Virus genome (UHGV): UHGV-0196443
DNA length: 38,343 nucleotides
From: a virus
Direction: 5' to 3' (one strand)
Within the stretch, counting starts at the first letter, position 1; each line of letters starts with the position of its first letter. The notes below the pieces were generated by a model that saw only the letters and a program-made list of their open reading frames with translations, was not told the DNA's origin and made no database searches. The position numbers were made by a program, and so were the translations under genes. Below are positions 25,135-34,092 of this stretch, one piece after another.

Positions 25135-25665
25135 TTATCTTATCTTTATTTTGTATGATTCATTATCAATATTCTTATATTCATTCTGAGACTTAGAGCT
25201 CCAAAATTTAGAAAAATTGAAGTCGCATGCTTCCAACCTTCCCCTTAAATTATTTATTCGCAAAACATCTCTTTTAAAGTCTCTATTTGATTTGCTTCTA
25301 GTTAATTGTTGTATTTCTTTTATAGAACAACTACGAACCAATTCATCTTCTAAGTTCAGAACTTGCGTAACACACACTACTTCTTTTACTATACTCTGTT
25401 TCTTAAGAAAATCAATATTCTCTTTAAGTATATCCACTTTTCCAGTATCAGTATCAAAAACCAAAATAACCGTTGTTCTATATTTTAACATTCTAAGATG
25501 ACTTTTGCTTAATTTATTTTGAATAACATTAAACTTTTGCACTTTCCCTGGCACTATAGAGCGAAAGTCTGACTTTAATGTACTTATCACCTTCTTGTCA
25601 TCTTCTCCTTCAACAAAATAATGATAGTATTCTCCCTCTTTCATTTTCTTCCTCTTTTGTTTCAC
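25135..25665 (-). CDS. Small TOPRIM-like protein (RloB/DUF4276/AbiLii-class partner of an ABC ATPase)
   Basis: 176 aa in the track. Likely start is the internal MKEGEYYHYFVEGEDD (25644) with SD AAGAGGAAG. YHYFVEGEDD and VILVFDTDTG resemble TOPRIM Glu and DxD motifs. Lies 25 nt downstream of the ATPase stop and is very AT-rich. Confidence 0.5.
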   Translation of the reverse strand: MKQKRKKMKEGEYYHYFVEGEDDKKVISTLKSDFRSIVPGKVQKFNVIQNKLSKSHLRMLKYRTTVILVFDTDTGKVDILKENIDFLKKQSIVKEVVCVTQVLNLEDELVRSCSIKEIQQLTRSKSNRDFKRDVLRINNLRGRLEACDFNFSKFWSSKSQNEYKNIDNESYKIKIR

Positions 25666-25669
25666 ATAG

Positions 25670-26833
25670 TTATATTTGCGCTATTTCATATATCAATTCC
25701 AATTCTGGTGCAGTTGAAAACAGATCATTATCAACTGCACTTCTCAAAGAATCGGTATTCCTTTTCAAGTATTCTGAAGCATCTATACATTTAATAGGTT
25801 CCTCGGAATTATATGTATCTTTTTTTAAAAATGTATACGTATGTTTTGGTAATGGTAAATCCAATATATCTGTATTATGTGTAGTAAAAAACAATTGTTC
25901 ATCGTCTTTCAAACTATCTATCATAACACTTAAAAAAGCTTTTTCTATATCACTATGTGTATATGAAAATTTCTCATCACAATAATAAAATCCACATTCC
26001 CCAGCCAACATAGAGGATAACATGTCCGCAATATCTATACCCGCCTTGGTTCCACTAGACAAAATGCTTTCTTTTATAACTTCTCCATCCTGAATAATCA
26101 AATCTTGTGAATCCGTGCGAATAACATACGTATTTTTTACTTTATTTATTTTTTCGACGCTTTTAATTGCTGGATCTAATGCTCTCAGTGTATGATCTAA
26201 TACAAGTGGATATTTAGAATTTTCCGAACAATTTACCACTCCCCCTATTAAATCTGATGGATAACAAAACATCCATCCCAGATGCTCTATTTTCTCTAAT
26301 TCTTTTACGAAATCATCATCCAAATTTTGTTCCATCATTTCAATTTTTTTCACGCAAGACTCATAACTATCATTTTTATTGATATTTACATGCCTTGTAG
26401 ACACTTTCAACTGATGCTTACTTTCCTCATCATCCTCTTGAGGCAATATCCTAGCATCTAACCTATATAGTCTATTGCTCCTAACAACAAAATCCATTGA
26501 AAAAGACGCTTCTCTGTTTTTATCACATATTTTTTCTACAAGTTTAGTTGATTCTTTTCTCTCTATGAAATTAAAAATTCCCATGAGCATCTTTCCAACT
26601 GAAGTTTTTCCTGTAGCATTAGCCCCCATCAAAACATTCACTTTTTTATAGCGAAAATTTTGTCTATCTTTCAGAAATTCACCATCAATAGAAGAGTCAA
26701 CCAATTTCTTTGGATACGACATATTCATGTGAAATTTTTTAAATGCAAAGAAATTGTCAATTTCTAAATTCATTATGATCATAACTTTATCCTTTCGTGA
26801 ATATTTTTTCGGATTCTGCGAAGTAATCTTCAT
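25670..26833 (-). CDS. ABC-type (AAA_15/AAA_21, OLD/AriA/AbiLi-like) ATPase
   Basis: 387 aa. N-terminal MNLEIDNFFAFKKF, Walker A GANATGKTS, signature-like LSSGTK, Walker B FYYCDE, H-loop FFTTHNTDIL. Alternative start MIIMNLEID at 26782 with SD AAAGGA. Confidence 0.8.
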   Translation of the reverse strand: MKITSQNPKKYSRKDKVMIIMNLEIDNFFAFKKFHMNMSYPKKLVDSSIDGEFLKDRQNFRYKKVNVLMGANATGKTSVGKMLMGIFNFIERKESTKLVEKICDKNREASFSMDFVVRSNRLYRLDARILPQEDDEESKHQLKVSTRHVNINKNDSYESCVKKIEMMEQNLDDDFVKELEKIEHLGWMFCYPSDLIGGVVNCSENSKYPLVLDHTLRALDPAIKSVEKINKVKNTYVIRTDSQDLIIQDGEVIKESILSSGTKAGIDIADMLSSMLAGECGFYYCDEKFSYTHSDIEKAFLSVMIDSLKDDEQLFFTTHNTDILDLPLPKHTYTFLKKDTYNSEEPIKCIDASEYLKRNTDSLRSAVDNDLFSTAPELELIYEIAQI

Positions 26834-26837
26834 TTTT

Positions 26838-26866
26838 ATTATACACCTAATTTCCTTTTTTTCAAT
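26838..26866 (-). promoter_or_regulatory. Promoter for the ATPase/TOPRIM cassette (TTGAAA-16/17-TATAAT)
   Basis: Minus-sense ttgaaa-aaaaggaaattaggtg-tataat, immediately upstream of the 26833 ATG. Confidence 0.4.
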
Positions 26867-27081
26867 TACTTTTTTTACATTTTATCATAAAAATTTAGAA
26901 ATAAATGTCATAATAATGATTATACAATTAATATTTTTCGACATTTGATGAAAATTTTAAGCGCCCTGCACTTTCATGCAAGACGCCTTCTGTAATTTGT
27001 GTGGTTTTTACTGGTTGTCTTTAGGAGGAAAGCTAAAGATACCTCAGCCGTCCAGCTTATTCCTTTCGGCTTTATACCATA

Positions 27082-27585
27082 TTAGCATTTTAAAACCGTC
27101 GTTTCCGTCGTTTTCTCAAATTTTTCTAAATATCTGTTATGTTTGCATCGGCAACTGTCCTCTGTATATGCTTTCCTTTTCTTTGGGAATACTTCATTCA
27201 TCCTATGTGAGACCTGTACCCAACTTAGATCATCAATATAATAAAATCTGAGAATCATCCGGATTTCGCTTTTTTTAATTTGTCCTATATATTCCTCTAC
27301 CTGTATCTGTTTCTCCAGAAGATCCGTCTCCAACATCTGCAGCTTTGCAATGCGCTTTTCAAGTAAAAACTCACGTTTTTCATATTCTCTTTGTGGGAAG
27401 CCTGTTATTTTCACTGTTCGCAATGGTTTGTTGCCTTTCTTTCCACATGCAACAGAATCTTGCACAGTAATCTTGTTCAGTTGCTCTATTTTCTTTTTAT
27501 CCTCTGCAATCCTACGTCTCAGATCTTTTATCTCTTCTTTCATGTCTGCATACTCAATCAGTATCTTCTTGTCCACTGGCAACAC
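27082..27585 (-). CDS. Phage late-gene transcriptional activator (DUF1492/ArpU-RinA-like, sigma70 region-4-like C-terminus)
   Basis: 167 aa. N-terminal coiled coil (EIKDLRRRIAEDKKKIEQL). C-terminal IRMILRFYYIDDLSWVQVSHRMN resembles an HTH. Sits upstream of the packaging genes, as usual for this family. Confidence 0.55.
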   Translation of the reverse strand: MLPVDKKILIEYADMKEEIKDLRRRIAEDKKKIEQLNKITVQDSVACGKKGNKPLRTVKITGFPQREYEKREFLLEKRIAKLQMLETDLLEKQIQVEEYIGQIKKSEIRMILRFYYIDDLSWVQVSHRMNEVFPKKRKAYTEDSCRCKHNRYLEKFEKTTETTVLKC

Positions 27586-27760
27586 TCCTTTTCGTATTTA
27601 CTCCCCATTTTCTTAAGCAGTCCTCCACAGAGTACGCACCTCTTTGCATCCACTTCTTGGCATTCTCTGTTGGTTCATGATCTGCCAGATCGGCAAAGTG
27701 ATCATCCCGATCCCGTTTCATTTCCTTTGCGCTGCGTCTGTGCTTTAAGGCTCCTCTCAT
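27554..27760 (-). CDS. Hypothetical charged small protein
   Basis: 68 aa, overlaps the start of the late activator. Weak support. Confidence 0.3.
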   Translation of the reverse strand: MRGALKHRRSAKEMKRDRDDHFADLADHEPTENAKKWMQRGAYSVEDCLRKWGVNTKRSVASGQEDTD

Positions 27761-27764
27761 GCCG

Positions 27765-27980
27765 TCACCTCCATAATCTCCGTACTATCCAGTCCAAAAA
27801 CACCACAAATAACAGTATCGGAAAGCCTGCTGCATGAAGATAATCTGCTCCTTCAAGTTCTACTTCCTCTTCGATTCCTGTTTTTAAAGTAATTACAGTT
27901 CCCAGCCCCAATATGTAGTAAAGGGTCAAGAATGCAATTGTGATTAACAAGTCCATGCTATTCCTCCGTGTTTTCCTCAT
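27765..27980 (-). CDS. Small membrane protein (2 TM)
   Basis: 71 aa with two hydrophobic helices flanking an acidic loop. Confidence 0.4.
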   Translation of the reverse strand: MRKTRRNSMDLLITIAFLTLYYILGLGTVITLKTGIEEEVELEGADYLHAAGFPILLFVVFLDWIVRRLWR

Positions 27981-27997
27981 CCATTAATCTTTTTTCC

Positions 27998-28360
27998 CTA
28001 TCTCTTCGCCAACTCCCGAACCAGTTCATCATTCCCTTTTTTCGTAAGGCCTTCATTACATGTGCAATCCGGATATACACAGCGGAAGCAATCCGGATAT
28101 TTACAGAGCGGCTTTGAAATTTTCGTTCGATTCATTTCCAGTTTTCTCTTTGTCTCCAGCAGATCCGGTACCTTGACCTGTCTTCTGCTGCCCGCTTCCG
28201 CAAACCAGATCAGTCCCGATCTCTCCAGATATGCCCGAAAACAAATCTCATTTTTCTCAATCTGTAACATAACTTTCATGTACACCCACACCTCATGCAC
28301 ATCCATCCCGTCAAATAAAAGTTCCTGTATCCTGGATGCGTATTTCTCGTAACCTTCCAC
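27998..28360 (-). CDS. Hypothetical protein with C-terminal Cys cluster (CKYPDCFRCVYPDCTC)
   Basis: 120 aa. Possible zinc-binding motif. Stop overlaps the SSB-like gene start. Confidence 0.45.
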   Translation of the reverse strand: MEGYEKYASRIQELLFDGMDVHEVWVYMKVMLQIEKNEICFRAYLERSGLIWFAEAGSRRQVKVPDLLETKRKLEMNRTKISKPLCKYPDCFRCVYPDCTCNEGLTKKGNDELVRELAKR

Positions 28361-28947
28361 TACTCGATCACTTCCATTTCTCTGATTGAGACTTCATAAG
28401 CTGTTCTCTCGCTGTCTCCTTTTACATAGATCCTGCTCTGTATCATTCCCATGGCTCTCACTTTTGTTCCGACTGGAAGCCCTGCTGCCAGCCTTGCGTT
28501 CGAATACCAGCAAATTGCCGGGAGATAATCACTTTTTCTGTGTTTCCTGTTTACTGCAATTAAAATATCCGTGATTTCTTTTCCGAGTGGTGTCTCTCGA
28601 TAGAGCGGCTGTTTACAGATATATCCAATCAGATCAATTCTGTTTTGATCCGCTTCACCAGCTTCGCTGATTCCTTTTACAAATACATACAATTTCAAAT
28701 GATTTCTTTCTCCATCCTTTTCATTGTAAGATCTGTATTCTCCAAAGATTGTAATTCTCCCTCCTGCATTATCCCGAATCTCCTGCACTATCTGTTCCGG
28801 CACCTGAATCGGTATGACATCCATGTTTCCACTTGTCCGCATGACTTCTATAGTTGATTTATAGATCTTTCTTCTGTCTGGTGAAGTCAATAAATACTCT
28901 GGTGTTTCCATAATTTTTCCTGTGATCTTTACTGTGTTGTTTTCCAT
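28360..28947 (-). CDS. Single-stranded DNA-binding protein-like (tandem OB-fold)
   Basis: 195 aa. N-terminal NTVKITGKIMETPEY...GRITIFGEYRSYNEKDGERNHLKLYVFV resembles an SSB OB fold. A second OB-like half follows. Confidence 0.45.
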   Translation of the reverse strand: MENNTVKITGKIMETPEYLLTSPDRRKIYKSTIEVMRTSGNMDVIPIQVPEQIVQEIRDNAGGRITIFGEYRSYNEKDGERNHLKLYVFVKGISEAGEADQNRIDLIGYICKQPLYRETPLGKEITDILIAVNRKHRKSDYLPAICWYSNARLAAGLPVGTKVRAMGMIQSRIYVKGDSERTAYEVSIREMEVIE

Positions 28948-28991
28948 CTTTTTCTCCTATATTGCATATTCCGCTGATGCCCGTCATGGTA

Positions 28992-29555
28992 TTACTCCAT
29001 TTCCAGCCCGCTCAGCGCTTTCAAGATTCTTCCATCCATGTTATCTTCATTTGCCGGTGTTTTTACAGTCAATAACATTCCAGTCTCATTTACCCACAGG
29101 ACGAAATATCCCATTCCCATAGGTCCTGTCGGAAAGTCTTCATACTCACCTGTTTCGGATAGGCTTACCAATTCCAGAATTTGATCTGGTATGTAACTCA
29201 TCTCTTTTGTCTCTACATTCTGTAACACTGCCATTCCCCTGTATTTGATTTCTGTATCCTCATACCGGTCTCTGGCTGATAACCATTTCTTGTATTCCCA
29301 CTCATCCCTTACTTTTAGTTCATACTGCTTTTCTCCTTTTTCATATGCTCTGTATACTTCGCCCTCTTCCGGAAGATCCCCTACGAGTTCAATGACTGCT
29401 GCCTTATTCTTGCTTGTAAAGTCCTTCTCATATACAAATAATATCCAATAGGCTCCCTGTATGAAGTACATTTCCTCTTTCTTTCCTACAGTGAGTCCTG
29501 CACCTTTCCATGCATCCTTCAATATTCTCTTAAATATGCTCGTCTTAATAAACAT
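28992..29555 (-). CDS. Hypothetical protein
   Basis: 187 aa, no recognisable motif. SD GGAAAGGAG preceded by a hairpin. Confidence 0.45.
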   Translation of the reverse strand: MFIKTSIFKRILKDAWKGAGLTVGKKEEMYFIQGAYWILFVYEKDFTSKNKAAVIELVGDLPEEGEVYRAYEKGEKQYELKVRDEWEYKKWLSARDRYEDTEIKYRGMAVLQNVETKEMSYIPDQILELVSLSETGEYEDFPTGPMGMGYFVLWVNETGMLLTVKTPANEDNMDGRILKALSGLEME

Positions 29556-29661
29556 GATGCTCCTTTCCTCTCCCAGAGTTATCTGGGAGATAATGTGATG
29601 GCTTACGACAGGTTTTGTGACGTACCTGCTGTTGTATCTTCACGGCACTTGGCCGGAGATG

Positions 29662-30132
29662 CTATAAAAATTGGAATCCTGGATGTCCTTCTTTCTGCTT
29701 TTCATTTTGCGGTTCTTTCATCAACTCCTGCTGATCCAGATAATTCTTCTTGCTGATCTTCATCCAGTCTTTCCTTGTGTGTGACTTCTCATATTCCCTC
29801 TGTGCGATCTCGCAAAGCAGTTCTCTTGTCTTTCTGCAATTATGTATCGCCTCTTTCCCGCTTTTATGATGTGGCTCACACAAATACACTTTCAATCCCC
29901 CGGCTTCCGATAGAATTCTCATCCCGGATCCAAACAATACATGGTGTTCCTCGGTATACTGCTGCCGATAGTCTCCATACAGATTGGCACAGAGATAGCA
30001 CACGCCCTTTTCTGTGTTCAAAATGCTTTTCGGATGGCTGATTCTCTTTTTCTTCTTTTTCGGCTTAGGAAACGCCATATCACTATAATCAATACTCATA
30101 AAGTAATCACTTTCTTTTTCCAGTTGTCCCAT
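29662..30132 (-). CDS. Putative HNH-like/NinG-like zinc-binding nuclease
   Basis: 156 aa. CYLC...EEHHVLFGSG...LCEPHH is a Cys/His-His arrangement. Confidence 0.35.
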   Translation of the reverse strand: MGQLEKESDYFMSIDYSDMAFPKPKKKKKRISHPKSILNTEKGVCYLCANLYGDYRQQYTEEHHVLFGSGMRILSEAGGLKVYLCEPHHKSGKEAIHNCRKTRELLCEIAQREYEKSHTRKDWMKISKKNYLDQQELMKEPQNEKQKEGHPGFQFL

Positions 30133-31241
30133 CCGCCTTTTGGCCAGGCAAATTCTTTCTTCAGAAGCTGTATGATTTTTTCTGGATCCCCGGATTTTAA
30201 GATGTCTTCTATGACTTCCCCTTCCTGGACCACTTCTTCTGTGATCTCATGTACCTGCTTTTCTTCTTCCGGAAGATTCATAACCGGATCCGGCATCAGT
30301 TCCGGATAATCTTCCACTTCCATCTGTCCCGGAATCTGTTCTTCTGGTTCTTTTGGCTCTTCCAATGTTTCCTTTGGTTTGGCAGGTTCTTTCTTTTTCT
30401 TTAACGGTTCCGTCTTTAAGACTTCCCTCTCTTTCTTTTCCCTCAGCGGCATCTGATAAACTTCTTCATAGGCTTTTGAATCAGACATCTTCCTACCTTC
30501 CGGATAAAAGGTCTGTTCAAATGTTTTGGCCAACTCCAGATAGCTGATCTCTTCCGGCTCTCCCCTGCCATTGTATGGCATGATCCGAATCTGAAATTCA
30601 CTGAAGAGCGCATTTGCAAATTGCATCCGAAACATCCGGAATTTTGTTGGAGCTACAATTCCCATGATCTCCCTGTTGATCACACTTTCCTCTTTTGGCT
30701 CGTCTTCCCATATCCATTTATGCATTTTCTCAAAGCAGCCTTTTCCTTCTCCTTTGAAAAATTCATACACCAATGTTTCCGTCCAGCTTCCCTGGTGTTC
30801 TTCTGGTGCGATGTCGCACAGGCTCATCTGCGGTGAATAACGATCTTCTGTTTCCCGGATGACTTCTTTTACCTCCCGGATTTCCCGGACCGTTGCATCT
30901 CTTGGTACCACTTCCCGAACCTCTTCCGGCAGCGCCAGCATTTCAGACAGCTTACTGCTGCCATATCCCCGGTACCTTTCCTGAATTTCCGGACTGTTCC
31001 CGTTGATACTGTATGTATCATTGATCTGCATAAACCGGATCGCCCACGTCCTGCTGATATTGAAGGTTTCCTTTGCAAACTCAAACACATCCGCATACCC
31101 CTTCTCTTTATAAAACTCTGCGTCTCTGGTCTTTTTTAGGAGATATCCGACTTTAATGTATCCCTCTGCGATATGTTCCAGTTCTTTCCGTAATGCAATT
31201 TCTACCCCCTGCAGTGTACTGATTGTCTGTAATTCTTCCAT
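30096..31241 (-). CDS. Hypothetical protein with helical N-domain and acidic Pro/Glu-rich C-terminal tail
   Basis: 381 aa. The N-terminus (VEIALRKELEHIAEGYIKVGYLLKK...) looks DNA-binding or organiser-like. Function not assignable. Confidence 0.45.
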   Translation of the reverse strand: MEELQTISTLQGVEIALRKELEHIAEGYIKVGYLLKKTRDAEFYKEKGYADVFEFAKETFNISRTWAIRFMQINDTYSINGNSPEIQERYRGYGSSKLSEMLALPEEVREVVPRDATVREIREVKEVIRETEDRYSPQMSLCDIAPEEHQGSWTETLVYEFFKGEGKGCFEKMHKWIWEDEPKEESVINREIMGIVAPTKFRMFRMQFANALFSEFQIRIMPYNGRGEPEEISYLELAKTFEQTFYPEGRKMSDSKAYEEVYQMPLREKKEREVLKTEPLKKKKEPAKPKETLEEPKEPEEQIPGQMEVEDYPELMPDPVMNLPEEEKQVHEITEEVVQEGEVIEDILKSGDPEKIIQLLKKEFAWPKGGWDNWKKKVITL

Positions 31242-33335
31242 CTATCCAGCTTTCCTTTCTGTACGTTTCAACTTCTTTCTTTTGAATAGCTCAACAAATT
31301 CTTTGACTTCCTCTGTCATGTCTCCGTTATATTTTGCCCGACACTGGATCATAACCCCATTGTTTACCTCCATGGTGTAAAACGGTGTCTCCGGATCCTG
31401 CTTCTTTCGCAGAAACAGGATCGTTGTCTCACCTTTGGCCACCCGGTCAATGTATGTGGCAACACAATGATGCATAGCATTTCCCTCTTGCCTGATTTCA
31501 TGGATCCGTTTCGGAAGTCTCAACACAAATTGTTCCGTTTCCATTTCCAGATAGCTGTCCCGTTTTCTGTATTTCTCGTACTTTTTGTCTTTTTTATTGT
31601 CCAAATCCTCTTTGGCTTTTATTTCCCGTTCTCCGCTCTCTTCAATCAACTCTTCATGACGCTGTTCTAAATTCTTCGGAAATAAGATCCACGACTCTCT
31701 CATGTTGTATCCCAGTTCCTCTGCCATCTTCAGATAATCGTGATAGTCCACGGCTTGTCTTTTATCTTCTCCTAACACTTCTTTGATGTACCGTTCCATC
31801 TTGTAAATGGTGGTATACCGGATATACCTGGTGAAATTCCTTGTAAACTTTGCAAAAAACTGAACCTGCTGCCATGTTGGATGTAATCCCTTCTCCTGCA
31901 TTTCATAAGTGGTGTTATATTCCCTTACACTTGGATTCTTTCCAGCCAGCAGCTGGTAATGTTCCCCGCTGAGCCCTAATATCTTTTTGCAGGACCGTTC
32001 TTTCTTCTTTAAGTATCCTGTGTTGTACCCCCGCATTTCTTCTTTGACAATTCTGTAAAACCCGCACTTTACCAACTGTTCGATTCCAGGCATACGCCGG
32101 TATCCATCTATATATTGATCCAAATACATTTTTTCCCGATATTTCCCATGTTTCACAAAACATTCCATTGCAGAATACTGAAACGGCGTTCCCTGTAAGA
32201 TTTGTTTGAGATTCCGGTTATAAAGGATCGCTTCATGCTCTGCTACTTTTGCATAATATCTCCACCTGTCTCTGTAAAACCACCGGATCCAGTCTGTCTG
32301 CTTATACTGTTCATACTCAAATTCATGAATCTTTTTTAAATTCCGGTCATACGTGATCCGTATCAGCTCCCAGTGCCCGCCGTTTTCCTTTTGTCCATTC
32401 CTGAATTTCCGATAGCACTCAAAATATCGGTATACATATCCCTCTTTTGTTTTCTGCAGGAGTCCTGCATATCCTCTTGCGTGAACATTTCCGCCTTTCT
32501 TTCGGCTTCGGTAGGTAATGGGATGCCTGCAGTATGGACATTCGCCCGCGGCTCCATAGTGTGGATTCCTGATTTTTACTTCTCTTCCACAATGTGTGCA
32601 ATACCCTTTTGTTACCTTTCTTCCGGCATCATAAAACAAATACTGGGGAAGGACTTCCCGGTCTACAAACTCATCAAAATCTTTGGGCAGTTCCGGCACC
32701 AGTGCCATCTCAGAATCAATTTTGTCAATCTCTTTTCGATCTTTGCTATAGCTTTGCCATCTTGCGATTGCTGCACGTGGCTCTCCCTTCCCGTTGTGAC
32801 AAAATTCTGAAATCAGTTTTCGTGCCGCTTCTTTTATCCATACTTTTCTGTCACTGTACCAGTACCCTTGTTGTGCTTCTCCCCATCCTCCCATGTAGCT
32901 TAAGTTATCTATTTTTGCAGTTCTCCACTTCTCACACAAATTGTCATAGGTGTAGTACTTGTTTTCTTCCAAAAGGAATACCCGGTATTTCGGATACGTT
33001 ATATCATCCTGAATCATATCTCTTGTAAATATGGCAATCTCCAGAACAGTTCCTGTCCTCTTTGCTCGATAAAACCAATAATATGTTGCACTCCACACAG
33101 GTACTTTTCCACATCTTAGTACCTGATTCCCTTGATCTTCCCTGACTGTCTTTCGCATCGTTTCCGTTACTTTTAACTCCGGAAGCTTTAATAACTCTCC
33201 TCGTCTCATTTCTCCGCCTCCAGATAGTATTCTTCTGCCATGGCAAATACTTCCAGATCCGGCATTGCCACCATTTGTGCCCCTCTTCTTTCTTTCACTC
33301 TTTTTTCCGCTTCTTTTCGGATATTCTGAAGACAT
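31242..33335 (-). CDS. PcfJ-like protein
   Basis: 697 aa with many W/Y/R residues. C-terminal NAMHHCVATYIDRVAKGETTILFLR is typical of PcfJ-like proteins. Confidence 0.55.
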   Translation of the reverse strand: MSSEYPKRSGKKSERKKRGTNGGNAGSGSICHGRRILSGGGEMRRGELLKLPELKVTETMRKTVREDQGNQVLRCGKVPVWSATYYWFYRAKRTGTVLEIAIFTRDMIQDDITYPKYRVFLLEENKYYTYDNLCEKWRTAKIDNLSYMGGWGEAQQGYWYSDRKVWIKEAARKLISEFCHNGKGEPRAAIARWQSYSKDRKEIDKIDSEMALVPELPKDFDEFVDREVLPQYLFYDAGRKVTKGYCTHCGREVKIRNPHYGAAGECPYCRHPITYRSRKKGGNVHARGYAGLLQKTKEGYVYRYFECYRKFRNGQKENGGHWELIRITYDRNLKKIHEFEYEQYKQTDWIRWFYRDRWRYYAKVAEHEAILYNRNLKQILQGTPFQYSAMECFVKHGKYREKMYLDQYIDGYRRMPGIEQLVKCGFYRIVKEEMRGYNTGYLKKKERSCKKILGLSGEHYQLLAGKNPSVREYNTTYEMQEKGLHPTWQQVQFFAKFTRNFTRYIRYTTIYKMERYIKEVLGEDKRQAVDYHDYLKMAEELGYNMRESWILFPKNLEQRHEELIEESGEREIKAKEDLDNKKDKKYEKYRKRDSYLEMETEQFVLRLPKRIHEIRQEGNAMHHCVATYIDRVAKGETTILFLRKKQDPETPFYTMEVNNGVMIQCRAKYNGDMTEEVKEFVELFKRKKLKRTERKAG

Positions 33336-33661
33336 TCTTTGAGTGTCCGGTTCTTTCTTCTTACCGCTCTGGCCAGAATTTCTTTTTCAAAACATCTCAT
33401 AGACAGATACGACACGATCTCTCCTGCCGGCATCCCGTCTGTTTCCTCCTTTAACTCAACCTGCAGCTTTCCGATGGCCGCATTTACTGAATCTACCAGT
33501 TCTTCCGACAGATGCTGCTCATATACTTCCCGGATTCCATCCGGAATCCCGTTTTCCTCTGCCAGTACTTTTAAATGCTCCAGATCCTGCTCCTCCAAAA
33601 GTCCTTTTGCACATGCATTCAATTCTTCTACGGAATCAAAATTTCCAAATACATCAAACAT
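33206..33661 (-). CDS. PcfK-like protein
   Basis: 151 aa helical acidic protein immediately upstream of the PcfJ-like gene (the usual pair). N-terminal MFDVFGNFDSVEELNACAKGLLEE. Confidence 0.5.
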   Translation of the reverse strand: MFDVFGNFDSVEELNACAKGLLEEQDLEHLKVLAEENGIPDGIREVYEQHLSEELVDSVNAAIGKLQVELKEETDGMPAGEIVSYLSMRCFEKEILARAVRRKNRTLKECLQNIRKEAEKRVKERRGAQMVAMPDLEVFAMAEEYYLEAEK

Positions 33662-34091
33662 TCTGTTTTTCCTCCAGTAATCCCTCTAAATTTTCCACGT
33701 AATCGTGATGTTTACTAAATCTGACGGCTATTTCATGCCGTTCTGCCAGTTCCTGATACTGCTGCCATAATTCCAGGTTTTTCACCTCTTCCCCAGACGG
33801 TTTTCTCCATTCCGCCCGTTTCCACTGCTCCGGCTTCCCGTTTTCGATCATGTTCTTGATAAAAATACAGTCCGTATACAGGGTCACATGACACGGTGCA
33901 TTTAGTATTTTCAAGGATTTCACGATTCCAAGCAGTACCAGTCGATAATAGGTCGTCTCCTGCTCTTCCCCGCAAATTCCTTTGACCGCCGGTCCTTTGC
34001 TTGTCTGACATTCCATTGCTGCCGCCCATCTTCCATCTTTGATACATGGACCTGTCAGGCTTGTCCTTATGTAAATATTTACCTCTTTCAT
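33654..34091 (-). CDS. RNase H-like fold protein
   Basis: 145 aa. VTLYTDCIFIKNMI and KNLELWQQY resemble RNase HI. Canonical N-terminal Asp and Glu positions appear substituted by eye. Confidence 0.45.
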   Translation of the reverse strand: MKEVNIYIRTSLTGPCIKDGRWAAAMECQTSKGPAVKGICGEEQETTYYRLVLLGIVKSLKILNAPCHVTLYTDCIFIKNMIENGKPEQWKRAEWRKPSGEEVKNLELWQQYQELAERHEIAVRFSKHHDYVENLEGLLEEKQNV

Positions 34092-34092
34092 A

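Noticed and set aside
25670-26833. Calling the ATPase a terminase, SMC or RecF/RecN-type housekeeping gene
   Set aside because: It is too short for those families. It is paired with a small acidic-motif partner, is AT-rich, and carries its own promoter and terminator inside a phage.
27096-27113. Tandem 9-bp direct repeat CCGTCGTTT x2 downstream of the late activator
   Set aside because: Only two copies, with no matching sites elsewhere in the window. Too little evidence to call iterons or binding sites.
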